DNA of 64,000 nt from Microgenomates group bacterium GW2011_GWC1_46_15 (GCA_001002285.1 LCLX01000001.1:192302-256301), one strand, 5' to 3'; shown: positions 37,364 to 47,691, numbered from the stretch's first letter. The notes: generated by a model not told the origin, from the sequence alone. Program-made: numbers and translations.

Positions 37364-38455
37364 GTGCTATCATATCCCTCACCTATGACCGATCCGCGCA
37401 ACACTAAACTCGCCGACATTCTCGTGAACTACTCGATCTCCGCAAAACGTGGGGATACGGTGTGGGTGCGCACGAGTTCGGTGTTGGGTCTGCCACTGGC
37501 CCGCGAAGTTTTTCAAAAACTTGTTGATGTTGGCGCGGACGCATACCTTGATATTTCGGATGAGCGCAGTGGATCGTATCTCATCAAGCACGCGGCACAG
37601 TCCCAACTCGTAAAGTTACCAGCCGTTTCAAAGTATATTGCTGATTGGGCAAATAAATCCATTGCAATCTATGCTGATGAAAACACGCGCGAACTTGCAA
37701 ACGTGGACTCCAAAAGAATGTTGTTGCGCACAAAAGCGCTCAAGCCGATCCGCGATGTCAGTATTAAAAAACCGTGGGTGCTCACGTACTATCCAACACC
37801 CGCGATGGCACAGGACGCGAACATGGGGTATGAGGAGTTTTGTGATTTTTTCTATACATCTTGTTTGCGCGACTGGAAAAAAGAGGGCGTACGGATGCAC
37901 AAGTTGGCAAACATGTTAAACGATGCGCGCAAGATTGAAGTGACTGGTGAAAAAACACGTTTGAAACTCTCAGCAAAAGGCCGGTTATTTATTCCATGCG
38001 ATGGTGAGTTCAACATGCCAGATGGCGAGGTATTCACCGCGCCGGTGGATGACTCGGTGGAAGGTGAAGTGTATTTCAATTACCCGTTGTTACGGCAAGG
38101 AAAAATGATCCGTGATATTCATTTGCGGTTCGAAAAAGGAAAAGTCGTGCGTGCGGATGCAAGCGAAAACAAGGATTTCTTGATTAAGATTTTGGATACG
38201 GATGAAGGCGCGCGCCGATTGGGTGAGTTTGCGATCGGTATGAACCCCGGGATTCAGACGTACATGAATAATGTGTTGTTTGATGAAAAAATTCAGGGAA
38301 CGGTACACATGGCACTGGGCGAGGCGTATGAAGAGTGCCGCGGATACAATAAATCAGCAATCCATATGGATATCGTCAAAAACATGAAACCTGTTGGAAG
38401 TACGGTAACTGCCGACGGAAAAACAATCCTCAAAAACGGCAAGCTCATTATATAA
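37364..38455 (+). CDS. aminopeptidase, M29 (AmpS/PepS) family
   Basis: Size and pattern (VNYSISAKRGDTVWV...DGEVFTAPVDDSVEGEVYF...HMALGEAY) are consistent with thermophilic-metalloprotease M29 aminopeptidases; assignment by memory only. Confidence 0.55.
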   Translation: MLSYPSPMTDPRNTKLADILVNYSISAKRGDTVWVRTSSVLGLPLAREVFQKLVDVGADAYLDISDERSGSYLIKHAAQSQLVKLPAVSKYIADWANKSIAIYADENTRELANVDSKRMLLRTKALKPIRDVSIKKPWVLTYYPTPAMAQDANMGYEEFCDFFYTSCLRDWKKEGVRMHKLANMLNDARKIEVTGEKTRLKLSAKGRLFIPCDGEFNMPDGEVFTAPVDDSVEGEVYFNYPLLRQGKMIRDIHLRFEKGKVVRADASENKDFLIKILDTDEGARRLGEFAIGMNPGIQTYMNNVLFDEKIQGTVHMALGEAYEECRGYNKSAIHMDIVKNMKPVGSTVTADGKTILKNGKLII

Positions 38456-38475
38456 ACATCGTGCGAGGTAAAGAT

Positions 38476-38730
38476 TTAGCGGAATTTCCACCACGCGGCT
38501 GCGAGCAGTGCGATGATCACCACACTCACAACAAGTGTTTTTAGCATGTCGCGGACAATATAAAGATTTTGTTGTTTTTGAAGGCCTAAAGTCGGCGACT
38601 TACCACCTTTTTTCTCCGAAATTTTCATTGTTTGTGGTGAAAGCGCTTGAAGCGAGTATAGTTTTTCTGCCCCACTATGCCGCCGAAGTTGCGCCAATTC
38701 TTTTTGTTTTCGCGTGCGATGTTGTCCCAT
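38476..38730 (-). CDS. small protein with C-terminal TM helix
   Basis: 84 aa; C-terminal LKTLVVSVVIIALLAAAWW. Confidence 0.35.
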   Translation of the reverse strand: MGQHRTRKQKELAQLRRHSGAEKLYSLQALSPQTMKISEKKGGKSPTLGLQKQQNLYIVRDMLKTLVVSVVIIALLAAAWWKFR

Positions 38731-38757
38731 ATGGGCATTGTACTATAGAATACCCCT

Positions 38758-39240
38758 ATGGACGCTTTACAAATTATCGCACTTGTTATTTCCGCGGCGC
38801 TTGCAACATGGCTCCTCGTTATTACTGTTTTATTTCTCAAGCTCCGCACCTTTTTCCAAAAAATGACGATTGGAATTTCAAAAAAAGACATGAAAACACT
38901 CTTGGAAACAATGGATGCAAAATTAGACGCCGATCATGCCAAGCTCACTCAATTGGGCGAACGTATCCAGCATAATGAAAAAGAAGAAAAACAGCACATT
39001 CAAAAAACGGCGCTTGTGCGGTATAACCCGTTTGGCGAGACAGGCGGAAATCAAAGTTTTGTGTTAAGCTTATTGGATGCGGACGGTGAGGGATTTGTGA
39101 TAACATCACTGCATAACCGCGACTACACACGTGTCTACGCAAAAGAAGTCCGTGTAGAAGGCAAACTAGAGGGAAAAAACGACAGCTTCTCGAAAGAGGA
39201 GCGGGAGGCGATCTCTCTTGCGTCAAAAAAACACGGCTAA
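38758..39240 (+). CDS. DUF4446-like membrane-anchored protein
   Basis: N-terminal TM; RYNPFGETGGNQSFVLSLLDADGEGFVITSL resembles the DUF4446 family. Confidence 0.4.
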   Translation: MDALQIIALVISAALATWLLVITVLFLKLRTFFQKMTIGISKKDMKTLLETMDAKLDADHAKLTQLGERIQHNEKEEKQHIQKTALVRYNPFGETGGNQSFVLSLLDADGEGFVITSLHNRDYTRVYAKEVRVEGKLEGKNDSFSKEEREAISLASKKHG

Positions 39241-39288
39241 CGTAATGAAAGCCAACTTGGTAATGTAAAAAGAAATGAAAGGAAACTC

Positions 39289-40500
39289 ATGAAGAATACG
39301 ATTGTTGCTGGCATTATCCTTTATTTCGTTTCAACGGGTGTTTCATATGTTGCGTTTGCGAATATAGGCAAAGGCGGAGGTCTTCTGAGTCCAACAAATT
39401 TTCATACTGAAGCAATTCCGACCCCGGATCCATCCAACCGCATTGTCATTGCTCCGGAAGCTCCAAAAAATCAAGCGTGTCCGTTAAATGGCAAGATGTA
39501 CACCGAGGCAGAAAAGCAGTCATGGGATGTCCGCCGGCCGCTCGCGGTCATGGTTGAGAACCATGTTGATGCCCGCCCGCAGTCTGGTTTGAGTAAAGCC
39601 GATGTGGTGTATGAAGCGGTGGTTGAAGGGGGTATTACGCGGTTTATGGCGATGTACTATTGTGAGGCGCAGGCGAAAGATGTGTTGATTGCGCCGGTGC
39701 GTTCAGCCCGCCAGGCATTTATTGACTGGGCGTTTGATTACAATTTGCCGCTCTATGTGCACGTTGGCGGTGCAAACGGCGATGACACCGATCCACGTGT
39801 CCGCGCGCTTGAGCATTTGAGTGACTATGGGTGGACGATGCGCAACGACCTTAATCAGTTTTCGTTGGGGTATCCAACATTTGTGCGCAACTACAACCGT
39901 CTCCCGGGTAAAGACGACTTGGCGACGGAACACACAATGGAGTCCAGTACAGAGCGGCTTTGGGCGATTAGCGCAAAACGCGGATACACCAACTTAAGTC
40001 CAGACGTCAAACTGAGAGGAAAAGTTGTTCCAGGAAAAGATTGGCGCACAGGGTTTGTTGAGTGGATGTTCCAAGATGATGCTGAAGGAGCGAAGCGGGG
40101 TACGGTTTCAACAGTCTCCAATGAATTTTGGAGCGGGTACAAAGAGTTCGATGTGAAGTGGATATATGACAAAGCGGCGAATATGTACAAGCGCTTCGTT
40201 GCCGAACAGTCAGATGTTGATCTCAGCACAAGTAAGCAGATTGAAGTGAAAAACGTCGTGATCATGCAAGTCAAAGAGTTGTCGTCCATTGATATTCACC
40301 ATCACAACTACTTGCAAACGATCGGAACGGGGAAGGCATGGGTGTTTCAGAACGGTGAAGCAATTCAGGCAACGTGGACAAAGAAAACCCGTGACGGCGG
40401 CAGACTTATCTTTACCGATTCCCGCGGCAAACAGATTCAGTTTGTCCGAGGCATGATCTGGATCTCGGCAGTGAATCAAGAAGTTGCACCGGCGTACTAA
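39289..40500 (+). CDS. DUF3048 domain-containing secreted/lipoprotein
   Basis: VMVENHVDARPQSGLSKADVVYEAVVEGGITRFMAMYY is the characteristic DUF3048 N-domain; N-terminal signal segment. Confidence 0.6.
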   Translation: MKNTIVAGIILYFVSTGVSYVAFANIGKGGGLLSPTNFHTEAIPTPDPSNRIVIAPEAPKNQACPLNGKMYTEAEKQSWDVRRPLAVMVENHVDARPQSGLSKADVVYEAVVEGGITRFMAMYYCEAQAKDVLIAPVRSARQAFIDWAFDYNLPLYVHVGGANGDDTDPRVRALEHLSDYGWTMRNDLNQFSLGYPTFVRNYNRLPGKDDLATEHTMESSTERLWAISAKRGYTNLSPDVKLRGKVVPGKDWRTGFVEWMFQDDAEGAKRGTVSTVSNEFWSGYKEFDVKWIYDKAANMYKRFVAEQSDVDLSTSKQIEVKNVVIMQVKELSSIDIHHHNYLQTIGTGKAWVFQNGEAIQATWTKKTRDGGRLIFTDSRGKQIQFVRGMIWISAVNQEVAPAY

Positions 40501-40609
40501 AGCGAGACATTTTTTTCGGCATTAAGGTAATGACGAAGTCTTGTCAAGAAAAAATAACGACCGAGTCTCATTGAGTACTTTTCGTTTCCAAATAAATGGT
40601 GTATAGTTT

Positions 40610-40624
40610 GCGCTAGATCGTTGC
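40610..40624. promoter_or_regulatory. conserved 15-mer GCGCTAGATCGTTGC overlapping a -35-like TTGCAT (copy 2)
   Basis: Exact 15-nt identity with 27680..27694; followed by TTGCAT-N16-TACGAT. Confidence 0.5.
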
Positions 40625-40697
40625 ATACATAAAGTGTGCGAATACGATCAAATCCTGCACACAAATATATACACAATTCCTGCCGTAAGGAGCATAT

Positions 40698-41297
40698 ATG
40701 GCCGATTTATCAGACTTTATTCTTTCCAAAGTTCGCGTGAAGCTTCTTCAAGTATTTTTTGAGCAACCAACCGGAATGTGGTATGTCCGCGAACTTACAC
40801 GCAAAACAGACGAAGAGATTAATGCAGTCCGCCGTGAACTAGACCGCATGTTGACCGCAAGTATGGTGAAAATGGAAGAGCGTGGAAACCGGAAGTATTA
40901 TTTCCTCAACCCCGCGTATGATTTTTACCCAGAACTCATGCGGCTTGTTGCCAAAACAACCGGAATTGGGCATGAAATCAAGAAAAACAGAAAAAAGCTT
41001 GGAACAATAAAATACGTCATGTTTACGGGCAAGTTTGCGAAACATGAAAAACGCGCGAATGACGAAGTAGATATCTTGATGGTTGGCGATGTTGTTTTGC
41101 CGGAGCTTGCAGCAATTGTACGCACAGAGGAAAAACTCCGCGGATTTGAAATCAACTACACCGTGATGACCGAAGATGAGTTTATGTTCCGCAAACAACG
41201 CCGCGATCCGTTCCTTCTTGGTATTTTAGAGCTTCCACGTGTCATGGTGATTGGTGAGGAAGAAGAGATGTTGGAGAGAAAGCCCACCATTCAATAA
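40698..41297 (+). CDS. hypothetical protein with N-terminal winged-helix-like domain
   Basis: WYVRELTRKTDEEINAVRRELDRM helix-like segment; no catalytic motif recognised; immediately upstream of secDF. Confidence 0.4.
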   Translation: MADLSDFILSKVRVKLLQVFFEQPTGMWYVRELTRKTDEEINAVRRELDRMLTASMVKMEERGNRKYYFLNPAYDFYPELMRLVAKTTGIGHEIKKNRKKLGTIKYVMFTGKFAKHEKRANDEVDILMVGDVVLPELAAIVRTEEKLRGFEINYTVMTEDEFMFRKQRRDPFLLGILELPRVMVIGEEEEMLERKPTIQ

Positions 41298-41303
41298 CCT
41301 GCC

Positions 41304-42707
41304 ATGAAGACGAAACGCCCGATCCGATCACTTCTTTTTATCATGGTAGTTTCAATCATTTCACTTGTGCTTGCGATGCCAAAAGAGATTCCAATCAAGT
41401 TTTCTGCGATGGGGAAAACGGTGTCGTACACACTTCAGCGGCCGCACCTCGATCTTTCACGTTTGCGCATTCCGTTTAAACGCGATTTAGAGTTCAAGAT
41501 GGGATTGGATATTCGTGGAGGCACGCGTGTTGTGTTAGAAGCGGATATGAGTAAGATCGCGCAGGCAGACCGGGAAACCGCGTTGGAAAGCGCTCGCAAT
41601 GTCATTTCCCGCCGTGTGGATTTGTTTGGTGTGGGTGAGTCTGCCGTGAAAACTTCTCGGCTTGGTGAAACCTATCGCATTATTGCTGAGCTTCCGGGTG
41701 TTACCAATACGCAGCAGGCTGTTCAAATTATTGGGTCCACCGCTCAGCTGGATTTTCGCGAGGAGGCGAGCAGCTCCGCCCCCCTGACTCCGGGTACAAT
41801 TGATCAGCTCCTTGGCGGTCATTTTGTGCCAACAGGTTTAACAGGAAAAGATCTCAAGCGTGCGACCGTGCAGTTCAGCAGCGAAACCAGCGAACCGGTT
41901 GTAAATATCGAGTTTAATGATGAAGGAAAAAAGAAGTTTGCCGAGATCACGACGCGCAACATCAAAAAGCGGGTGGCAATTTTTCTTGACGAGTTCCCTG
42001 TTTCTGTTCCGGTGGTGAACGAGCCCATTGTGAATGGGAGTGCGGTCATCAGCGGCGGCTTCAAGGTAGACGACGCGAAACAGCTGAGTATCCAATTAAA
42101 CGCGGGCGCTCTGCCAGTTCCCATCACGATTGTTCAGCAGGAAACGGTAGATGCCAGTCTGGGTACAGAAGCGGTTCAAAAAACCGCGATTGCTGGTTTG
42201 GTCGGTGTTGGTTTAGTCGCACTTTTTATGGTGTTGTACTATGGATGGAAAGGATTGCTGGCAGATTTAGCCCTTGGTGTGTACGCGCTCATCACGATTG
42301 CGATTTATAAACTTGTACCGGTTACATTAACGCTTCCCGGCATTGCTGGTCTCCTCCTCTCTATTGGCATGGCAGTAGACAGCAATATTCTGATTTTTGA
42401 GCGCATGAAAGAAGAACTGCGGATGGGTAAGCCGTTTGATTTAGCAATGACATTGGGGTTTGGTCGCGCATGGGACAGTATTAAAGATGCCAACGTTGCA
42501 ACACTGTTCACCTGTTTTATTTTATTCAATCCATTCGAGTTTGAGTTTCTCAATCGCAGTGGAATGGTTCGCGGATTCGCGCTTACCCTAGCACTGGGTA
42601 TTTTTGTCAGCCTCTTTACCGGCATTGTGGTTACCCGCACCTTTTTGCGGTTATTCTTGAAAGAAAATATAGAAAAAACAGATATACAAAAGGGAGCCCG
42701 AGCATGA
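41304..42707 (+). CDS. secD: protein translocase subunit SecD
   Basis: GLDIRGGTRVVLEADMS and a C-terminal 6-TM SSD-like domain; followed by secF with 4-nt overlap. Confidence 0.85.
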   Translation: MKTKRPIRSLLFIMVVSIISLVLAMPKEIPIKFSAMGKTVSYTLQRPHLDLSRLRIPFKRDLEFKMGLDIRGGTRVVLEADMSKIAQADRETALESARNVISRRVDLFGVGESAVKTSRLGETYRIIAELPGVTNTQQAVQIIGSTAQLDFREEASSSAPLTPGTIDQLLGGHFVPTGLTGKDLKRATVQFSSETSEPVVNIEFNDEGKKKFAEITTRNIKKRVAIFLDEFPVSVPVVNEPIVNGSAVISGGFKVDDAKQLSIQLNAGALPVPITIVQQETVDASLGTEAVQKTAIAGLVGVGLVALFMVLYYGWKGLLADLALGVYALITIAIYKLVPVTLTLPGIAGLLLSIGMAVDSNILIFERMKEELRMGKPFDLAMTLGFGRAWDSIKDANVATLFTCFILFNPFEFEFLNRSGMVRGFALTLALGIFVSLFTGIVVTRTFLRLFLKENIEKTDIQKGARA

Positions 42708-43594
42708 TCCACTTCATGAAACTCCGCTGGCTGTACTTTACCTTATCTGGTTTGGTCATTTTGCCGGGTGTTGTGTCGCTGGTGTTGTTTGGTCTGTGTC
42801 CCAGCATTGATTTTACCGGCGGAACAGAACTCGAACTAAAGATTATTGATAAAAATCACAACGCAATTACCGAAGAAGCGCTGAAAAAAGAAACAGAAGG
42901 TGTATTAGATATCCGCGAAGTACGTATGCTGAAAAATAGCCATGTTCTCATCAAAACAGTCCCTATTGAACTAGCAAAAAAAGACGAAGCAGTGCAAAAA
43001 CTCCAAGTGGCAAATGAATTAGTTGAAGAAGTCCGGTATGAAACGGTTGGGCCGGTGCTAGGACGTGAGCTATTGGTGAAAACGTTGGTCGCGGTGGCAT
43101 TGTCTGCGGGTGGCATCATGTTATATGTTGCTTACCGGTTTAAAGAAATGCGGTACGGGGTATGCGCGGTGCTTGCGATGTTCCACGATATGCTTGTGTT
43201 GATTGGTACATTTAGCCTCCTTGGATACTTTCTCCATGTTGAAGTTGATGTATTGTTTGTGACGGCGGTATTAACAATCTTGTCATTTTCGGTGCACGAC
43301 ACTATTGTGGTGTACGACCGCATCCGTGAGCTTCGACGCAAAGAGCGCGGGCTCACCTATGTTGAAATGATTGATACCGCGGTAACAGAGACACTTTCAC
43401 GGTCGCTCAACAACTCGCTCACGATTATCTTTATGTTATTAGCGCTGTGGCTGTTGGGTGGCGAGACAATCCGATGGTTTGTGTTTGCACTTCTAATAGG
43501 AACGATTACGGGCACATATTCTTCAACATTTACCGCGGCTCCCCTGCTGGTGATTTGGGATAGCTTGCACAGTAGACGGAAAAAGGCGAAGTAG
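42704..43594 (+). CDS. secF: protein translocase subunit SecF
   Basis: Typical SecF size and topology; FTGGTELELK periplasmic-domain start; conserved C-terminal TM bundle. Confidence 0.85.
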   Translation: MIHFMKLRWLYFTLSGLVILPGVVSLVLFGLCPSIDFTGGTELELKIIDKNHNAITEEALKKETEGVLDIREVRMLKNSHVLIKTVPIELAKKDEAVQKLQVANELVEEVRYETVGPVLGRELLVKTLVAVALSAGGIMLYVAYRFKEMRYGVCAVLAMFHDMLVLIGTFSLLGYFLHVEVDVLFVTAVLTILSFSVHDTIVVYDRIRELRRKERGLTYVEMIDTAVTETLSRSLNNSLTIIFMLLALWLLGGETIRWFVFALLIGTITGTYSSTFTAAPLLVIWDSLHSRRKKAK

Positions 43595-43637
43595 TATAAT
43601 GGGCGGAAGAGTCAAGGAAAAGGAGGAAAATGCATGA

Positions 43638-44033
43638 ATGGATAAAAGAAAAAAAAGACGTACTGGAGAAATTGAACCAATGTTGTATTTTCTTAATAAA
43701 GGTAACAGTCTTCAGAAAGCGATTGCAGAGGGAAGAGTAACACCAGGGCTTATTGTGGGCATTCAGCGTCTTTCTAATATTGATGGGGAGTTTGTGGTTG
43801 TTACAAATCCCGAACTTTATACCCAAGTATATCAAGATGTAAAGAGGCGTGGAAGTATGGCACATGCAATTTCAATAGGAATGTTTGATTTGGAGAAAGA
43901 ATACGGTTTAATTCTTGTTGATCCAACAGATCTTATCGGGGAACGTAGTACAGAATTGCGTAGCATAGTACATGCGCTCAATGTACTCAACCCACTTGAA
44001 ACGGATGATCCGCGAAGTAGCAGGCGAAGATAA
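43638..44033 (+). CDS. hypothetical protein
   Basis: 131-aa ORF; no domain recognised. Confidence 0.35.
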   Translation: MDKRKKRRTGEIEPMLYFLNKGNSLQKAIAEGRVTPGLIVGIQRLSNIDGEFVVVTNPELYTQVYQDVKRRGSMAHAISIGMFDLEKEYGLILVDPTDLIGERSTELRSIVHALNVLNPLETDDPRSSRRR

Positions 44034-44068
44034 CAAACAGAAAGACTACTAAAAAAGAAAAAGAAACG

Positions 44069-45415
44069 TTAATCTTTTAGTTCCTTCACTCTTCCCAGTA
44101 AGTACCCCCTTGTGTTTTTACTCGGATCTTTCTCCACCTCTGCGAATAATGTGTGGAGTATCTTTCCAACTTCCGGTCCCGGCTTGAGCTTCAACGTCTT
44201 CATTACATCTCCCCCATCAACCGCCATATCGTTCATCGTGAACGTTACTTTTAACTGTTCTTTGATCCGTTCCTGTAGTTCTTCTAATCTCCAACTCGTA
44301 CGTTTGGCACCGCTTCCCAATCGATCGGCAATACGCAGATCAATCATGTCATCGAGGTTATCAACGTCGACGCGGCGAATAAATCGGCGGATGTACGCGT
44401 CCGTAACGCGCCGATCATACACAAACATATGCCAGCGCACGAGTGTAAACACGCGTTGAATATCTTTTTTAGAAAAACGGAAGCGGGTTGCAACATCTTT
44501 GGCAACACGCGCGCCAAGCACTTCGTGGTTATAAAACGTAACGACTTCTTTCACATCTTTCGCGGTTTGCGGTTTTGCAATGTCATGAAGTAAAACGGCA
44601 AATCGGACAATAGGATCTTGAGATGGACATGCGTGCACGGATTTCAGCGTATGCGTCCACACGTCATAAATATGATGATGTGCCTGATCTACGCCTTTTG
44701 TTGCCAATAACTCTGGCAAGATATGTTTCAATACACCCGTTGAGGCGAGTAACTCAATGCCGTCAACAGAGTGGTCTGAAATCAGAATCTTCAAAAACTC
44801 ATCGCGGATCCGTTCCCAACTAATATGTTGAATCATGTCCGCATTTTTCTGAATAGATTCCAGTGTTTTTACTTCAATAGTGAATCCAAGTTGAGCACCA
44901 AACCGGATTGCCCGCATCATACGCAGGGCATCTTCGGTAAAACGAGTATTGGCATCCCCGACTGCGCGGATGATTTTTGCAGAAAGATCTTTTTGACCAT
45001 CGTATGGATCAATAATTTTTTGATCAATATCAAGCGCGATCGCGTTGACCGTAAAGTCGCGCCGCTGAAGATCATCCGTAATAGAACTACCCCACTCCAC
45101 TTTTTCCGGCCGCCGATGGTCTGTATACATACCCTCGGAACGATACGTCGTGATTTCATATATTTCTTCCGGGTTTTCAAGATCATCAAGATATTTTCCC
45201 GCGATGCCGACCGTGCCGAACTTATTGTCATAAAAACTGTCGGGGAAAAGTTTTTGCACCTGTTCCGGGGTGGCGTTGGTGGTAAAGTCCCAGTCTTTGG
45301 TTGGTGTATGAAGTAAAAGGTCGCGCACCGCGCCGCCCACAATATACACCTCAAAACCGCCGGATTTCATGGTTGAAAGAATCTTTTTAACTGGGCCGGG
45401 GAGCGTAAATGCCAT
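44069..45415 (-). CDS. cca: CCA-adding tRNA nucleotidyltransferase / poly(A) polymerase-family enzyme with HD domain
   Basis: YIVGGAVRDLLL head-domain motif; RRDFTVNAIA; HD motif HHIYDVWTH. Confidence 0.8.
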   Translation of the reverse strand: MAFTLPGPVKKILSTMKSGGFEVYIVGGAVRDLLLHTPTKDWDFTTNATPEQVQKLFPDSFYDNKFGTVGIAGKYLDDLENPEEIYEITTYRSEGMYTDHRRPEKVEWGSSITDDLQRRDFTVNAIALDIDQKIIDPYDGQKDLSAKIIRAVGDANTRFTEDALRMMRAIRFGAQLGFTIEVKTLESIQKNADMIQHISWERIRDEFLKILISDHSVDGIELLASTGVLKHILPELLATKGVDQAHHHIYDVWTHTLKSVHACPSQDPIVRFAVLLHDIAKPQTAKDVKEVVTFYNHEVLGARVAKDVATRFRFSKKDIQRVFTLVRWHMFVYDRRVTDAYIRRFIRRVDVDNLDDMIDLRIADRLGSGAKRTSWRLEELQERIKEQLKVTFTMNDMAVDGGDVMKTLKLKPGPEVGKILHTLFAEVEKDPSKNTRGYLLGRVKELKD

Positions 45416-45437
45416 GAGGTGATGATATCATACTCGC

Positions 45438-47084
45438 ATGGTCTGGAATGTTCTTTCCCCAGGTGTGCCAAAAACTCAAGATGAGCTTCGCGCGGTCTTG
45501 TTGAAAAACCGCGGTCTTACAACAAAAAAATCACAAGAAAACTTTTTACATCCAGTCTCCCCGCTCGAGTTATCGTTAAAAGATGTTGGGCTTGATGGTA
45601 GTGTGATGAAACGTGCTGTAGCACTCATTACCGAAGCAAAAGAAAAAAAATGGAACGTCATTGTGTTCGGCGACTATGATGCAGACGGAATCTGCGCAAC
45701 TGCAGTGCTGTGGGAAACATTATTTGAGATGGAGATTCATGCGCTCCCCTTTATCCCCGACCGCGAGCGGCATGGATATGGCCTTTCTATCAAGGCGATC
45801 ACCGATCTTGTGAGCGAACACGGAAAACCTGATCTTCTCATTACGGTTGATAACGGCATTGTCGCGCACGATGCATTTGAACACCTCAAAACGCTCGGTG
45901 TGAAAACGATTTTGACCGATCATCATCAGCTCGACGTTCGCGGAGCTCCTGTAGCCGATATTATTTTACATACCACCGCATTATGTGGAACCACAACCGC
46001 TTGGATGCTTGCCCGCGCGCTCAATCCAAAAAAAGCGGAATCATTGCTCGATTTGTGTGGTATTGCGACAATCGCCGACCAAGTTCCTCTCCTCAACGCA
46101 AACAGAAGTTTTGCAAAGTTTGGCATTGAAGCTATCCGGCGCACCACCCGTCCAGGCCTCCATATGTTGATGGACACTGCTGGTATTAAAAAAGAGGACG
46201 TGAATACATACACGATTAACTATGGAATTGCCCCACGTATCAACGCAATGGGAAGAGTTGGCGACCCCAAAGATGCGCTTCGGTTGTTATGTGGAAAAAA
46301 TACGCAAAAACTACAAGCGCTTGCTTCAGCGGTTCAGGAAACGAATACCCTGCGGCAGGACATGACGTTCCAGTTTATCCAAAAAGCGAAACTGCAAAAA
46401 AATCTGTGGATAACCGAGCGCGTCATTATTATTGAGGATGAGGCGTTTCACGAAGGAGTGATCGGGCTGATTGCGGGTAAGTTGGCAGAGGAGTTTGGAA
46501 AACCTGCTATTGCGATTGCACGCGGGAAAACGACTGCAAAAGCCAGTGCGCGCTCAATTGCGGGTGTGAATATCACTGAGTTTTTGCGCCAAGTCCGCGA
46601 TGACCTCATTGATATTGGTGGACATCCTATGGCCGCGGGGTTTTCACTGCTGGCAGAAAATATTGCGAAAGTTAAAAAGCGATTAGAAGTTTTGGCGAAA
46701 GAGCAAATTGGTCTCGAATTGCTACAGAAGAAACTGGATGTGGAGTGTGAACTACCATGGGACCTTATTTCTGAAAAAACAGTAAAATCGCTGGAGGAGT
46801 TTGAACCGCATGGTGCTGGGAATGTAACACCTCTTTTTGGTGTACGCAGAGGACGGTTGATTGAGGCACGGCGGATTGGAAAAGAATCTCAGCATTGTAA
46901 GTTAGTGGTCCAGCCAGAGAATGATCCAAAGCAATTTTTAACTGTACTTGCATTTGGCATGGGCGAAGCATGTGAGCGCTTAGCCAAAGGTGAGCTATTT
47001 GATCTAGCGATTCAGTTAAAACTTAACGTATGGAACAGGAGAAAAGAAGTGCAAGGGGTGGCGAAGGATATAAGGATGCAATAA
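45438..47084 (+). CDS. recJ: single-stranded-DNA-specific exonuclease RecJ
   Basis: DHH motifs FGDYDADGICATAVL, TDHHQ; DHHA1 GGHPMAAGFSL. Confidence 0.85.
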   Translation: MVWNVLSPGVPKTQDELRAVLLKNRGLTTKKSQENFLHPVSPLELSLKDVGLDGSVMKRAVALITEAKEKKWNVIVFGDYDADGICATAVLWETLFEMEIHALPFIPDRERHGYGLSIKAITDLVSEHGKPDLLITVDNGIVAHDAFEHLKTLGVKTILTDHHQLDVRGAPVADIILHTTALCGTTTAWMLARALNPKKAESLLDLCGIATIADQVPLLNANRSFAKFGIEAIRRTTRPGLHMLMDTAGIKKEDVNTYTINYGIAPRINAMGRVGDPKDALRLLCGKNTQKLQALASAVQETNTLRQDMTFQFIQKAKLQKNLWITERVIIIEDEAFHEGVIGLIAGKLAEEFGKPAIAIARGKTTAKASARSIAGVNITEFLRQVRDDLIDIGGHPMAAGFSLLAENIAKVKKRLEVLAKEQIGLELLQKKLDVECELPWDLISEKTVKSLEEFEPHGAGNVTPLFGVRRGRLIEARRIGKESQHCKLVVQPENDPKQFLTVLAFGMGEACERLAKGELFDLAIQLKLNVWNRRKEVQGVAKDIRMQ

Positions 47085-47108
47085 ACCCTTGCTTTAATAG
47101 CTGTTTCT

Positions 47109-47318
47109 TCATTCACTCATATATGCGATTTCTCCATCATCGACTCTTCGAACAAGTTGTCCACCAAGTCTGTATGGTGTTTTTTCTTTAGGATCAAGTT
47201 TTCCCGCGCGCGTGGCAGCAAATGGATCTTCGTCGCTCATTACAGCTACAGGTTTTCCGTTTAACATGTAATAATTTTTTTCCCCATTTTCATTCATATT
47301 TCCTCCTTCTATATTCAC
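47109..47318 (-). CDS. hypothetical small protein
   Basis: 69 aa; second gene of a two-gene minus-strand unit behind a structured leader. Confidence 0.4.
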   Translation of the reverse strand: MNIEGGNMNENGEKNYYMLNGKPVAVMSDEDPFAATRAGKLDPKEKTPYRLGGQLVRRVDDGEIAYMSE

Positions 47319-47329
47319 AAACTTTGTTA

Positions 47330-47488
47330 TTATACACTTTTACTTTCCTGCAACCTATCAATCTTTTCTTTCTTATCCTTTGCTTGTTCAAGCATAAGCG
47401 CAACCAATAAGGCCGCGGCTTTCTTAGACCCATGTTCTTTCCAGGCTTGCAGGTTGTTCATTTCTGATGATTGCGCTGTTCCCAGCAT
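47330..47488 (-). CDS. hypothetical small protein
   Basis: Start moved to the internal ATG (MLGTAQSS), which has a GGAGAGGGGGTGA RBS; the track start at 47515 has no RBS and abuts a terminator U-tract. Confidence 0.35.
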   Translation of the reverse strand: MLGTAQSSEMNNLQAWKEHGSKKAAALLVALMLEQAKDKKEKIDRLQESKSV

Positions 47489-47520
47489 AGTACTCACCCC
47501 CTCTCCTCTATGCAATAAAG

Positions 47521-47553
47521 CATAAAAAAACCTCCGGGTTAATTCGGAGGTTT
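47521..47553 (-). terminator. intrinsic terminator hairpin (AAACCUCCG...CGGAGGUUU + U7) within the minus-strand leader; candidate attenuator
   Basis: 9-bp perfect stem, 8-nt loop, then UUUUUUU on the minus strand. An upstream GGGGGGAGGUUUGG (rc of ~47587-47603) can alternatively pair with the 5' arm. Confidence 0.55.
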
Positions 47554-47655
47554 GGTTGTTTCTTTGCTTTTTCTATCGTACTATTCCACCAAACCTCCCC
47601 CCGCGTGCGGGACAAATTTGCCTTGAATGGAAAGACGATACCACTGGTTCATAAT

Positions 47656-47691
47656 CTTGGGTATCATACAAACCAAAAAACTGCTTGTCAA
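47656..47691 (-). promoter_or_regulatory. consensus sigma70 promoter TTGACA-N17-TATGAT on the minus strand
   Basis: rc of 47686-47691 is TTGACA and rc of 47663-47668 is TATGAT, with a 17-bp spacer. The -35 overlaps the aspS -35 on the other strand. Confidence 0.6.
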
